DNA of 63,691 nt, counting the filler, from Octopus bimaculoides (Eukaryota): the NCBI RefSeq assembly GCF_001194135.2. It is 7 parts of 6 records of this genome, joined end to end, with 100 filler letters (N's around TTAATTAATTAA, not from the genome) between each part and the next. Parts side by side here need not be neighbours in the genome. Positions count along the whole stretch, not along the records: positions 62,442 to 63,691 come from NC_069005.1; 6 more parts are not named here. The stretch is one strand, 5' to 3'. Under the pieces are notes generated by a model, which had not been told where the DNA came from, made no database searches, and saw nothing but the letters and a program-made list of their open reading frames with translations. The stretch's first letter is position 1. The number at the start of each line of letters is the position of its first letter. Shown here piece after piece: positions 63,171 through 63,691 of this stretch. Position numbers and translations under genes: made by a program.

Positions 63171-63691
63171 ACATACACGCAAAGACGCACACATACACGC
63201 ATGCGCATGCGCCGCACGCACGCACACACAACATATATGGATACATGCACAAACACACTGATACATACATATACCCACATGTACGCGCGCGCACACACTC
63301 ACACCGTCCTCTACTATAGCTCCGAGCTATAGTAGAGGACATATATATATANNNNNNNNNNCACACACACAAGAGGTGGACGTTGTAAGACTTCACCTAC
63401 TGTTTTCATCAAATATCAGCGACATCTGACGTCGTTGTCTCAAAACAAAAACAGTTTTTACATTTGAAACCAAATATGGTGTTAATGTGCTACGTTGGAT
63501 GACGACGACGATAACAACATCGATGACAATACTATGCGAAAAAACAATGACGAGAACAATGACAACAAAGATTTCAAACAATATGTGTGTGCATATATGT
63601 ACATGCATATATATGTATGAATGTATGTATGTGTATATTTCATGAACTCCCGCATGCAGACACACGCATAAATAAATAAATAAATAAATAT

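Overview
AT-rich, gap-ridden eukaryotic non-coding DNA. I could not identify any host protein-coding exon; nearly all long ORFs in the track are microsatellite or N-gap artefacts. The SINE complement and microsatellite density suggest a coleoid cephalopod, probably Octopus (inference from recalled repeat families, not checked). The window is a transposon graveyard: at least four tRNA-headed SINE families, three R4/Dong-type LINE remnants plus one more R4-type 3' end, an RTE fragment (duplicated), two or three Penelope-like element (PLE) remnants, a Gypsy LTR-PBS-gag remnant, tandem Helitron helicase pieces, a mariner and a DUF4817-type Tc1/mariner remnant. The most interesting signal is absent from the ORF track: about ten minimal type I hammerhead-ribozyme (HHR) motifs from at least five unrelated repeat families, seven of them between 0.98 and 4.25 kb. 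Each family has its own palindrome replacing helix III (ACGT, ACCGGT, ACTC-G-GAGT, ACGATCGT, ACACGTGT). One family is a tRNA-headed SINE with an HHR in its 3' part; it occurs twice, both times in inverted or fold-back arrangements, once at the axis of a 2.4-kb inverted duplication. Six N44-TTAATTAATTAA-N44 blocks are artificial assembly spacers.
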